Assembly (NCBI GenBank): GCA_030141605.1 | Contig: JAQGDQ010000031.1 | Span: 124,001 to 188,000 of the forward strand | From: Tubiluchus corallicola | Lineage: Eukaryota; Animalia; Priapulida | DNA: 64,000 nt | Direction: 5' to 3' | Shown: in pieces, positions 38,601 to 51,697 of the stretch | Layout: each line of letters begins with the position of its first letter | Numbering within the stretch: position 1 is the stretch's first letter | Translations under genes and position numbers: made by a program | The notes under the pieces: model-generated | Told to the model about the DNA's origin: nothing | The model's database searches: none | Seen by the model: only the letters and a program-made list of their open reading frames with translations

Positions 38601-39884
38601 CTTTTAATCTAAGGTATGCTGCCTAATGGGCTACAGCTATGCCTGAGTGCTAGCTGCCACTCCAGTGTTTAATCTGACACTTCAGCGGAACATGAGTAAA
38701 AGTAGTTAACTATATCATCAGGACTTTCTCGCTAAAATGGGTCTCGCTGTATCAATGATTATCAAGGATTTTTCCTTGTTTGGCCAGCAAGGCAGCGAAC
38801 CTGCGCCACGTTAAAATGTGTGAGTGATTTTGAAAGTCGAGGATGTCTGCTGCTCAACCGAACAACTGTTCTTACGTGCATTATGTTTAAATTTATTTTA
38901 CGTTTCCATAGGTGCGTGCTATAGAATTATGTAAAATTGGTTTGTGGTTTGTCAAGCCTAAATTTCTGGCTTCTTATGTTGTACGTGGCAAGGTAATCGC
39001 TTATCTGTATTGCTTTAGTTTAGCTGTAAAATCCTGTTAGTACTTATTACATTTCAGATCAGATCACAAAATGATCGAAAACGCATCAAGAACTAATCAC
39101 TTCTTTAAGTATGAAAATCATTTCACATTAATCCATCACAGTTTAGATCATTTGTATGGTCTCCCTGTCTTTAAACATATATCTCAGGAACGCACCTCTC
39201 AGAGATGATTTAGAAACGTTTACAACATGTTTAGTTTATGTGTAATAACGAATGAAAGGAGTAGAAATGCGCTAAAATGTCTAAGAAAATTGTATAGAAA
39301 GGCACAGCTGATTTAGTTTAATTCTTTTTAATCCAACCATCGATGAGTTTCTAAATTCATCACTCAAAATTCGGCAATATTGTAATAATCGAATTGCTTT
39401 TGAAATATTGAAATGAAATGCCATTAACTGTATTATTAATTGAAATACGAGTCGAAATGCTTACGCAGTTTCTCGAAAAATTTTAAATTATGCCACAGTC
39501 TTCAGTTTGTCGTTTCACTGGGGAATTTAAAATTGCGTATATCATATCGACATTTGTTGGTAACTGTTAAAAGATCTGTGAGTAGAAAAATGTGCTTGAC
39601 GCTATTATAACATAGCCAGATACTAAGGCTTAAAGCAGCAATGCTTTTACGTTTACACCAACAGGAATGCATATAAATGCGCGCGAAGCCATAAAAGAGA
39701 ATTAGAGGTTTAAAAATCAGGCACGCTGGTTCACGTAGTCCGAAAATGTGGCAGTAGAGTATCCAATTATGAACTTGCTCCCTAGCTTCTAATACGTGAA
39801 TGCCTGACTGATAACTGACAGTCTTGTTGCTGGTGGTTTGTTCATCTGTAGATGTACTCTGTACCTGTACGGACCCCTAATGCT

Positions 39885-39896
39885 TGTTGTTGTTGT

Positions 39897-39928
<32 letters not shown>

Positions 39929-39940
39929 GTGGTGGTGTTG
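39885..39940. repeat. (GTT)n(GCT)n(GGT)n trinucleotide microsatellite
   Basis: Read directly; no splice signals around it. Confidence 0.85.
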
Positions 39941-41502
39941 GTAGCGACAGCGGCGGCAATGATGTTGTTACATGTGTCTTTCAAAGCTTTGATAGTCTAG
40001 ATCACAGGTTACAGTTTTCGTCGCATTCTGCTGAAATTTTGACGATTGCGCAGGCCATAAGCATAACATGTGGGAGCTGATTTTTGACTTTTCCAATACG
40101 ACCCTAAAAACAAATATGCCCGATAAATTGATCACGCTCGTTAAATGAATCTACTCTATACGTTGTTACATTGCTGCGGTTTCTTTCTTTCATTCTAGTG
40201 TAAAAATGGAGCTGCCCAAATAATGCTAATTCTAAAATTTCCAAAAAAAAAACGATCATGACTGTTGTAAACGCTTCCCATGATTTCCTTACGGAAACGA
40301 TTAACTTTACAAGAAATGTGCAAACAACAAAACGTATCCAAGCACATTACTCCATACATTCTAGTCTAACAATAATTCTACAGAAATGATCAGTTTACTT
40401 ATTGTAAATAAATTATACAATACAGTTCTTAAGCATATTTTAGTGAACATTTTCAACCCGCCATTGAACAATCACCAGATGCTGTTTGCCTTAGCTATGC
40501 TCCTTCTCCGTGTCTCTGCACAATGTCCAAACTCATTTGCAAAAGTGCGTGTGACCAGAATAGTTTCAGAAGCCATACTATTACGTAAGCAACTCTTTGA
40601 TGATGAAAGATGTGGGAATGTCTCTGTCAGTTTATCTCATACCGAAGATAAACATTTGACGACAGGACCATAGATATTTGCATTCCTGATAGTCAAGACT
40701 TTGTCGTCTGCACTGCTACGTTTTGTGATGAAGCCAAGTAAAATAAAACTTTGTGATGAAGCCAAGTGAAATAAAACTATCGCTGCATGCAGGAGATGAA
40801 CTTTTTGCCTCTTGCAAGACGTTTCGAAACGAATCACGTGATGAATTTTCATCAATGCTGGTGTTCATTTGTTTGTCTACTTTGTTGCTCGTTTTATTTT
40901 TCGTTAGGCTTTATTTATTTATCTGCTCGTTATCATGTGCATGTTTGTCGTTTCTTTCTTTCTTTCTCTCTTTCTTTCATTCGTTCGTTCTTTCTTTCTT
41001 TCTTTCTTTGTTTGCTTGCTCGCTGACTTGCTTGCTTGTTTGATTTTAAGTTTCAGTCAAACGTATTCATTTTAATCATTACTAGGTTTAAGGCAGAAAC
41101 ATATCTAATGTGAACTGTTAATTGTTGTACACTGAATTTCTTTAAGTAAGACAAAGACGTAATATGTAATACGGATTTGGATTAGGTATGTTTATTTCAC
41201 TGTGAAATAAATTCAAATTCAAATTCATTTCAATTCCACTGTCGTGAATTTAGTGGTCGATAACTTGGTTTTCCATATGAGACTACTTCAATAGGCCTTT
41301 GTGTTTTTCGTTTATGGCCAATAAATTTGTCCCATACAGTCCATGACGTCAGTTATCATCCTGCGCGCCAAGAATAAAACGAAAAGTACTTAATAAGATA
41401 ACGTTCAGACGTTATTCTGATGCCTGGGACACTTGAAGGTTAAGTTGAAAAGCTGAAGCTAAATTCTGCTCGACAGAGCTCTTTCATTCTTATAACTGAA
41501 CA

Positions 41503-41795
41503 TACAGGGTTTCAGAAAATGATAGCCCCCCCCCGTGCTTAAAAGAATAGTAGATATAAATATAATTCTAATACTTTAATCACTATAATATTTCTTAATT
41601 TAAGATTTTTTTCTACTTCTTATGACCAGAAACCAATGAGTTTTAGATGTGAGTCACGACACCCATTGAGAAACAAATATATTGAGCTTTTTACTCAAAA
41701 ATTGAATGTTGTTTCTCCTGCTGTTGAGGACATTTAGTTGTTCTCTTCGGTTTCTTCTGCACGGGGCAGGCAATCGTTTCTTGACACACCTTGCA
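41503..41795. mobile_element. Tc1/mariner-like MITE
   Basis: tacagggtttcagaaaatgatagccc..ccgtgc versus reverse complement of right end tgcaaggtgtgtcaagaaacgattgcctgccccgtgc; TA-CAGGGT terminus. Confidence 0.65.
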
Positions 41796-42917
41796 CAGTT
41801 CACCTAATTTTAAAGCACTGGCCTTCTGCAATAGTACATGTGCTTAAAATACAGTGTAAAAGACAGATTGTACCAGGAAAAACTTAAAACATATATCGGT
41901 ATGTATTGTGAAATCCAGTACATTTTACATTTTTACATACACAGCAAATTGTCACAGTAAAATCTGTTTGCAGGCCAGTAATAATCAGGAAAATTTATGT
42001 AAAATAATGAGCTTCAAAAGATTACTGTAATGTCGACTTATTCAAAAAAGATTACTGTATCGTCCGACTTGTTCAATAAATGATAAATTAGGTTAGATAA
42101 AAGACCAGAATATGTAGTTTTGACTTTGCATCAACAGCAGCATAGCCTCCTATTGATGTCTAAACATTAGATCTTTATACTACGTTCGCTCTAGATTTTA
42201 TGAAGAAGACTCAAGCCAGTCGTTTAATGATGAGAGCTTTGTCAATACGCGCTGCTGTAATGTTTAACCAGATCTTGAAATGTCAGATTAAACGTGTTTC
42301 TCGGCGTGTAATCGTCTGCTTGAGTACACAATGATAACCGTCGGTGACGTCAGAGAGAGCGCTCGGTTTCAAAGAGTTAATTCCAGCCGGCCGATTCTTC
42401 GCGCTTTTGCAGATGGAGCTGCTAACTCCTTTCATAAACTGAAGATGACGTATATTATACAGTTGCAAATGCTCGTAGTAAAGTACTAAAGAGTTACGAA
42501 ATTTAAAGGAATATTGAAAATACCTGAGTGGTCACGTGAATGGTGCGTCACTTGGTTACTGTAGCTAATTAACATCAAACTTGATTAGTTAATAAATGGG
42601 TGACTGCTACTGGCCTGTTTCATCTGTCTATGGATATACATCTAAAGTAAAGTGTGCACGAAACTGAATGTGGCTAAGGCGCCTCTGCTGATCCAGTTTC
42701 TCACAATAGAAGATTAATATTTAGTAGTTAACTAGGTTCCGGCCCCGCCAAAACCAGTAAAAGGTACCAGTACGTATTTTTGTCGGATTTCGACTTGTAC
42801 ACAGAACTGTGTGAAACATGACCTGTATCAGTAAGTTAGCAACAGGTAACTGAAAGGACTCCACTATACATGCAATACGCTGTTTGCATTTTGCATATGA
42901 TTATACAATCTCGTGGG

Positions 42918-43216
42918 CAGGAGCCGGATTACCCTATAGGCTAGTATAGGCTGCAGGCTAGGCGCCTCAAGCTTGAGGGTCCCTCAAACTTTGGTAACAT
43001 TTGATAAAAAAAATCTGGTTTATTGACGAACAGTAGATAACTGTTCTACATCATTTAAAGAATTTGCAACACGTTTACTTCAAGCTATGTAAATGCCACT
43101 AAAATAATGAGTAAAAATATTCAAGACGGGTATAGGGAGTTAAAGGGCGGCTCCGTCTGAGGAGCCACCATAGTTTCGTTAGCCTAGAGACCTCAAAAAG
43201 TCATAATCTTGCCTTG
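42918..43216. mobile_element. Second copy of the CAGGGC hAT-like MITE, lacking the microsatellite
   Basis: caggagccggattac...tataggct...tggtaacatttg...tttaaagaatttgcaa...cataatcttgccttg. Confidence 0.8.
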
Positions 43217-46200
43217 CCTGTGGATCTAAGACACAATATGGGCCAATGGCCAATGCGTGCCTTTTTATTTTAATAACCTATAATCGGCCTGAGCTTTCAA
43301 GTTGGTAACAAACTTAAAGCCTGTCTGAATTGAACTTAATTAGTGACTCGAAGCATAAGTGGCCGTGTTTCCAAACATTTTATTGTAATATTTTACTGAG
43401 TGTTTTATGAGTTCAGGTCCTTTCTATCTATGATAGACTCTTTTCCTAATCCAGCCTTCGCCACCATAAGAAAGATTCAACAGGCAGGACTTTCTAAACA
43501 CCAGAAGACTAGTGGTTTATTGACCACATAGCTGACCTCAAGCGGTAGAATAGAGAGATAACGCGAAAATCTGTGTAAATTTTTCTGAAGGTAACGACGT
43601 ACCGGACGTTCTGATTCGAAACGTTTTTGAAGTTTCTAAATTCTTTATAACAGTATCCACTTCATAAACAACCCACTATAATAAATTTTATTGCATTTTT
43701 ATTAAGAAAATCAACGTTTCCACTGCACAGTGACAGTCATCTTCAAGAGATAAAGTGATTAAAATAGTGACTTGTAAACTGTCGTCGTACCTTTGGTTTT
43801 GCTATTTTTTAATTTCTACAAACATTGAAAATCCAGCTAGTCACTACGAACATTTCCAAGATTGCCTTTGCAGTTTTACGGGACAAAACAATCAATTTCT
43901 TGTCCTATTGCTGACAATTCTAATCAAATGTTTAGTGCGGATTTTTGCCGATAGATGTCAAAATTCTCAGCCTTGACTTGGCTTCCCTAGCAACTTGATA
44001 ACAACACGACAAATAACTTACTCGTTGCAACTAACACGCCACAAGATGTTTAGTAGAAGCTGCACCACGCAACTAAGACGCCACAAGTTGTTGTTTTAGA
44101 ATTCGATTGCTCATATATACATTTTGGTAAGACTAACTTATTGGGGAGAGTTGGGAGTAGATCCTTGCTTCTTCAGTCAAGCAAATGTTGCCTCAGCAAG
44201 GGCTTATCCTTTCAACGATCAGCCCTTCACTGTTGTAAGTCACAAGGTGCATCGTTGCAGCCAGCTGTGAACTGGAGACCCACAGAATAGGTAATAGAGG
44301 GTAAGCTATGATCTACACTGTGATGAACCCAGCTGTAACTGTGCATGCGCCCGTTTGCGAGACGGGAGCGACAGGTTGATCCGATCTCCGACTCAAACTT
44401 TTTAATATTTAAAACGTAAGTTTAAGCCTAGACAATAGCGCTCCTCTACGACGTTTAGTTTTAAATGCGAGAAGTTATCAGAGACAGGAGTGATGTGTAG
44501 CACCCGATCTCTGAAGCCTGAATTGATTTCTTTTTAAATCTACAATGCATATGCATAGACTGGGTATAATGACCGGTAAAATGTTCACTCAGCTTCTGTG
44601 GTTCTCAGGATAGCAATGGAATTCAATTTTTTAATGATGCTGTATTTTATTTCATGTAACATATAGTACATATGTACTATAATTAGAAAGAGCGCTAAAG
44701 AGAGAGCATCTGTAATGAGTAGACTGCAAAAATTATTTGTTTTTTCCTTCTTTAGCTTAACTACATTGTAAAGAATACCAGGGGAAAACGTTTTACAGTC
44801 CTGATAGAACGTAAAATCAATTGTTTATGTATTTTTTCCAACACTGTTGGATATATTGCGCAGGACAAGCTGCTATTCAGCTAATCGTATCGTCATCCGC
44901 TGCCGAGGTTTTTGCACGTATGAATATTTTATAGGAAACCTCAACAAGCTCGCGAAATCTTCTCAAGCAACGAGTCCATGAATAATTTAGTTGTTGATGT
45001 TATAGACGCAGGCGACGGTAATCGGCAAAATCACTGGTTGCTATAGGTGTATTTTGGTACTATGATGCCTAAAAGATGTAATATAAAATACAATAAAATA
45101 TAAAATGCATTAATTAATGTGAAAAAAAGTTGAACATTGATAATATGGTAAATGCCGTTACATAGGTGTTATTCTCCATTTTCTTCGGGACCATGCATTG
45201 TGTTTATAAACGTATTTTTAAACGTATTTTTATTTGTTATATTACAAAGCTAAGGGTAAGCGGTCTATATAAAACTGATTTGTATCCCAGAGTTGTACGT
45301 ACGTCGAAAATTGCAAAGTATGTGCAGAATTATTGACAGTAGAGAAACAGAGAATTTTACATTGGGAAAAATGCATTATACTCTGTAAGCTAGCTAATTT
45401 AAACTGCTGAAGTACTGAATATTGACTAATTACTATGGCAGAATTTTTGGTCTTAATATATTTCTGCACTAATTGAAATATGAAAACATTTTGATCGTGG
45501 CTTGGTTAGGATTACCAGATAGGAGAGTTGACATTTTATCCTGAGAATTGAGATGATTTAAATTAACAATTGTGGTATTAGAAGTGAATAAATCACAGAG
45601 AGTTTTCGATGAAGTTGACGACGTGCATTGCCTTTTGTTACACTGCATGGTGTATCAGTGCAATTGTTATCATTATCGAAAGCTTATTAAGTCTACTGCA
45701 GACATTGGGCAGGCAGAATTCCAACATAAAGAAATCTGCCCTCAAGACAGATAGAGATAAACACAGCAGTTAATCCAGCGAAAAAACTAGAAACTGCTAT
45801 GTCAGTGGCTTGCCAGTATCACTGCCGAGTACAGTGAAAGAATCGCAACGTTTGGCAAGAACATGCACCATAATAATGTCACGGTAATACGTAATGTTGT
45901 ACAATTTCAAATTCAACTTTGTTTTATTTACTCCATCTTCAATTTCAGAAAGCACTTATAACTTTGGAACATAAGGTGCGGGAACCATGATACTTAACAC
46001 ATCACAAGTCCACAATGCAATGCAACATGGCAGGTTAAGCAATGCAAGAAATAGCATGAGAGTTCATTACATGTTAATTTAATTTAAAAACGTACAAAAA
46101 GTAACAATACGTGTTCACAAACGTAACAATATCTGGTGATATGTATGAATAGCCAAAAGTCACGAATTAGTATATTAAAATAGCAATTAACACATTAAAG

Positions 46201-47955
46201 TAATTACTGAGACATATTACAAAAATTTTAAATAGGTTGTGATGTTATAATAATGACTCTAAATAATTATTAGTATTGACAGAATATTGGGTAGCAATTG
46301 TTATGTAAATACAATACTTACCGCACAATGCAGTAACTTAAAGAAAAAAACAAGCACAGCAGAACTCAGAATTCAGAATTCAGAAAGTTTATGTAGAAAG
46401 TATATATCTGTACATGAAAGAAGTTCCAGGAGAGAAACGATTTTTAGGCCGAAGGTGGTGGAAATGCTGACATGATTTTGTCACTGCAAAGTTTACCTAT
46501 ACACATTCTTTCTCTTCAATTACTTTCACTGTAGAGGAAAAGTTGTATAGATACTTTGTACTAAAATCTGCCTGTGTTTTTTCTGGTTATTTAATAAAGT
46601 TTAATATCTGCTCTGCCTGAGCTATGCAAATCAAACACATGCGACGTCGATTTCATTCACTTGGTCATTCCCTCTATAACCGGAGGACAAATATTTAATA
46701 TTATATGTTGGCTGCGGCTCTATATTTACTTTTGCTGATGCTCTCTGTGCACTTGTCTTTTGTCTTTCATGTCCACAGTGGAAACTACTATTATGGTTTG
46801 ATAAGACAGCGTCTCGTAATGGTGCCTGTATTGTCAGTTGGTTTTATGCAGCTCTGTGTAAACTTGTGTTAAATAAGTTTGCGTTGTGGAAGCCAAGTGA
46901 TCACTATCCATCCTAACTGCCAATGTTATTTCTGTAGTAAGCTGTGCTGTAAACTGTTTTGCTTCTTTCAACCAACGAGGGCAATAAATAACGAAGATTT
47001 ACAAATTTGGCCCCTTACATTTCAAAATGAAGTGCTTTGGACCCTTAATGGCCGAGTTTGAAACAAAATGAGAAACTCGGCATCCCCCACAACTTGAACC
47101 GTGAAGCCTTAATGCATGCAAACTTAGCTTGGTCACGTGCTCAGGAATGCATTGTGCTAATTAAGTGGGGTCATTTATTCTGTCACTTAATATCTTGTTG
47201 TGCGCGAGCTGCACGATAATAGGATCATGTCTAGTTTTACAAATCTCCGCGATATTGACTCTTCCCAACAAAGTCATGTGACTAAGTTACTACTAAACTA
47301 AGAGATTTTTTATATGTTTGGACAGCTATAATGCTATAATTATATTGAACGCCTTCAACTCAGCTATTTAAATATGCACTTTTAATAACTTGTTGAAGCA
47401 CTCACGCAGACCTGTTGCAGAAAAAGTTGTGCCAGTTTTCTAGTTTACGTAATTTCAAGTAAACTTTTATTTACAAATGCTTGCTAAAGTACAAATAAGC
47501 AGTTGCAGTGACATCATTGCTTTCTGTTACCATTCTACCTCTTTTAATTCAATAATTTATTATTTTGAATAACTTCTCATTCTGACTCAGTATCTTGCTA
47601 TCAGTAAGTTATGCAGTCTTTGGTAGTCGATAGTTTTGCTTTTGCAGTTTCGCGCTGTTTTACTGCCATCTACAGAAACAAAAAACGCTAGACGTTTTAA
47701 AAAAAATCAAAGTTACAAGATTTTTAAAAGACATTACCGAACCGAAAAACATTTTTAAGCGCCTTCTGAAACATTAGGAACCCTAGACACCTATTACTTT
47801 AGTGTTATCAATATGTTATCAATAATATTCATCACTGGTACTGTAGTACTGATGCCTTTAACAAACTTGCTTCTTGGTCTCCAGGGACATGTGTAACTTG
47901 CAATATTAATTGTATTAATGTCATCATACATTGTATTATCGCTTTTTTATGTATA

Positions 47956-47957
<2 letters not shown>

Positions 47958-48016
<59 letters not shown>

Positions 48017-48030
48017 CGTGCGTGTGTGTG
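47958..48030. repeat. (GT)n microsatellite
   Basis: Read directly. Confidence 0.97.
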
Positions 48031-49667
48031 TCTATTGTGCAGAATAAATTAATAGAATTGCTATTTGAAAAAGTAATATCGTTGTAAACAGTGTATACAA
48101 AAATAATCTGGCCTATATATGTGTTTTCACTAGATGTCTCGAACCAGCTTAGCGATCCGCAATTTCTCATTATAGCCAACAGCACTTAATGTAGATTAAA
48201 TATTTCGCACTGGGTTTCGAGCCTTCTGATTAGATTAAGGTCACGTGTAAATATGTGAGCTTCAAGCAGTCTCTGAATTTTATGTCGTTGGGCAATGGGC
48301 ATAGACAGCACTGGAATAGATTACAATTGACGTTCTTACGCTGCGTGTTGCATCTGTGTCAGGCTTTAGAGACCTATATAACAGATATCCGCCCACTTTC
48401 AATAGTGAAAATATCTTTACCTGTCTTGCTTCGGTTATTCGGTTGAGGGAGAATGGGGAGGGAGAGAGAACATATATGGGAAGAATCAATCCAACGAATA
48501 AAAGGAAAGAAAGAAAAATGAGAAAAGACAGACGAAAGGAGGGGAAATACTGTAAAATAGGCTAATGCCGTACGCTGGCTGTTAGCCCATTTTACCATAT
48601 TTTCTACCAAGAAAACATGGGTCTGCGAATGAATGGATGGACGAGCTCAGGTAAGGAGAAAAAAGGCAATGAAGTATACAAAAAAGGGTAAATGACAAAA
48701 TACGATGAATAAGAAAAAGAAAACCGAAAAGAACCGGAAGGGTCATAAAATACAAATAAGATAGATAAAATTTTCGCAAGAGAAGTTTTCTAACAGAAGT
48801 GTTGTAGTTAGCAAACTGGTCGCGATGGAAATTCATACGAAAGGAATAATACTTAGGGAACTCTCCACTGGATGCAGAACCGAATGCCGTTGCCCGAATG
48901 ACCGTTAACACGAAATCGGAGAAACAGGACGTCTGGTTTTGCACTCATCTTTTGGCAGTCTGACAGGTCCAGTAGATGTTCATATCATGTTACTGAGGTT
49001 ACCGTGACTTTGTGGAACCGACGCGCTTAATTTTTGTTTTCCCGGTACTGCTCGTTAGCTATACATTTAGCCAAGAAGACATGTTTAATGACAAGTTATG
49101 TCAACTGTGATCGTAACGGACGTTGAGGAACTTTGACCGCAAAGAATTCAACATTAAGCTAAACTCGCCTTAAATTCGTTCGATATTGACGTGTATTGGT
49201 CAAAATTGCGAACAACAATGTTTATGTTAACTGACAATTATTAATGTAGTTTAGATATATATTTTAATCATAGTAATATAAATATAAAGTTGTTAATATA
49301 TTTTCACGTACAAATGAAGAAAATTCAAAATCAGTGTCATAAATACATTTATCGAAAATTTATAAGAGCTTCGAGTATTAATAGTTTTACTATTTCATCA
49401 TCATCGTCATCGTCATTATCATCATCATCATCATCATCATAATCATCACGCCCAATTGCTGCTCAGATTCTATACAACAAAGTGGCGTTTAACGAAGATG
49501 TTGCTACCTCTTAAAACGGACCTATCATAGTCGCCATCATCTTCATCGTCATCACCAACACCATCATCATCGTGTCCCCTTTGTACAATCATCTCTAAAA
49601 CTCTTTTATACAACCATTTGCTTTTCTTGTTGTTCTTCCTTTTCTTTTTCTTCTTAAAAACAGGAAA

Positions 49668-49693
49668 AGAGAGAGGGAGAGAGAGAGAGAGCA

Positions 49694-49779
<86 letters not shown>

Positions 49780-49803
49780 ATGTGTGTGTGAGAGAGAGAA
49801 AGA
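49668..49803. repeat. (GA)n microsatellite
   Basis: Read directly. Confidence 0.97.
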
Positions 49804-50186
49804 GGTAATATGTAGAAATTTGCGTTAATGAAAGTAGTAGGTTTTCAATAAGTGATTGTGATGCAGCACTCAAGGTAAAACCTAATTGTACAGAGTACTC
49901 TATTGCGTGCAGAATGGACAACAACTAGGTGATTGTGGGTAACATAAAAGGAAATCGATGTTTTCCATTTTTCTCGAATTTGATTACGTTTATTGGCTCT
50001 ATCCATAACGTAGAGAGAGAGAGAGGGAGCAGTGGTCATGACGCGTGTCTCAGACGACTTTTACTATGTCTTTGTGTACATTGAATTGATCCTATGAATA
50101 TTGTAGAAAATCTCTGGACACCATTTGCCTTGTTTTTCTGGATAATGTTTGGTGTTGACGTCTTGATAGTTTATCACTTGCATTTA

Positions 50187-50538
50187 ACTTAAGCTGAAAG
50201 GTTACCATATCTGACTTGTATTTCACTTAAGCTGAAAGGTTACCATACCTCACATGTATTTCACTTAAGCTGAAAGGTTACCATACCTCACTTGTATTTC
50301 ACTTAAGCTGAAAGGTTACCATACCTCACTTGTATTTCACTTAAGCTGAAAGGTTACCATACCTCACTTGTATTTCACTTAAGCTGAAAGGTTACCATAC
50401 CTCACTTGTATTTCACTTAAGCTGAAAGCTTACCATACCTCAGTTGTATTTCACTTAAGCTGAAAGGTTACCATACCTCACTTGTATTTCACTTAAGCTG
50501 AAAGGTTACCATACCTCACTTGTATTTCACTTAAGCTG
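50187..50538. repeat. 38-bp minisatellite, about 9 near-identical copies
   Basis: Unit cacttaagctgaaaggttaccatacctcacttgtattt; no spacers. Confidence 0.97.
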
Positions 50539-50659
50539 CTTTTCGGTTTAATAATCCCTTATTAATATAAGTACTTAAAATACATTAGTATTGCAGTTTA
50601 AAGTACAACATCATGACCAATGACCAAGCAAGTACTCAACTGAGATTGTTCATTGAAGC

Positions 50660-50765
50660 CTATAAGGAAACGACCAGAAAACCCTGCTACATTCGAAAAA
50701 CACTAATAAGTGTGGTATTCGAACCTAAAACCGCTGCATCGGCAGTCACGCCTATTGACTTGTAG
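50660..50765 (-). mobile_element. tRNA-derived SINE head remnant
   Basis: Minus strand carries a B box GGTTCGAATACC (about 50714-50725) with a decayed A-box-like agtcaatagg upstream; no cloverleaf. Confidence 0.4.
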
Positions 50766-50837
50766 ATTGTAATCTTTCAAAAACATTTTTGTCTATAGAC
50801 GTATAAGCAGACTAACTTTAGTGCTTTCTTTTTACAG

Positions 50838-50967
50838 TTGGCCGGACTGGGAATCCTCGGCGTGGCAATATGGTTGCGATTCGATCCAGAAACAGAAGCA
50901 ATAGTTGAGATGGCTGAGGAAATAGAAATAAGATATTACACTATAGCGTATATACTTATGGGCGTGG
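50838..50967 (+). CDS. Tetraspanin exon 2 (TM1 end, EC1, TM2 start)
   Basis: tttacag / G|gtaagt; LAGLGILGVAIWLRFDPETEAIVEMAEEIEIRYYTIAYILMGVG (WLRFD as in CD9). Confidence 0.95.
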
Positions 50968-51623
50968 GTAAGTTTATTCTTTGCAACATTTAAATTCACA
51001 AAAGCCTAGACCATCGTCGTATTTCGCCCCCGTAACAATAATATGAACGTTACAAAAGTATAAAATGTCTAAAAAGAATTTTTGGAATTATTCTTGAACT
51101 TGCATGGGCACAATATAATTTATATAAGCCCAAACAATTTAATCAAGCCATTGAAAAGAAACCTCTTGATAAAAATTAAATTCTGAGAATTATTGCCATA
51201 CAACCTATACAGACAGTACAGGTTTTCGTATCCAAACGCTCACAGTGTCTAAAAGCTTGTTTTTCTAGAATCTAACAGCATCTATGGCCCCGGGGATTTG
51301 TCCAGAGAAAGTTGTTCCCGAATCTTCTATTTACTGTCTGAGTTGATGATCGTAAAGAAATTTTGTAGAAGTGCATGCTTCGTTTAAATGCTCCCATTTG
51401 AGTAACTTTTTATTGCTACTGAGCTATTGACACCTTATCTAAGCAGCACCAGTGTATAATTAATCACTGTATGGCAGTTCTAGCGAGATTTGGTTTTAAC
51501 CAATGAAACAATTTTCTGATGGTTAGTATGTTAAGCATCCTATTACAATTTGTGCTTGAAAATGAGAATATTTACCGAAATTTTATTTTCGAAGCGTCGA
51601 TAATTACTCTATTTTATTGACAG

Positions 51624-51697
51624 GTGGGTTAATGACTGTAGTAGGGTTTTTAGGATGTTACGGCGCATACCAAGAAAGTCGTTGTCTCTTAATCACG
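51624..51697 (+). CDS. Tetraspanin exon 3
   Basis: gacag / ACG|gtaagt; GLMTVVGFLGCYGAYQESRCLLIT (GFLGCxGAxxESxCLL signature). Confidence 0.96.

Noticed and set aside
50187-50538. 38-bp array as a CRISPR array
   Set aside because: Contiguous units with no spacers; an ordinary minisatellite.
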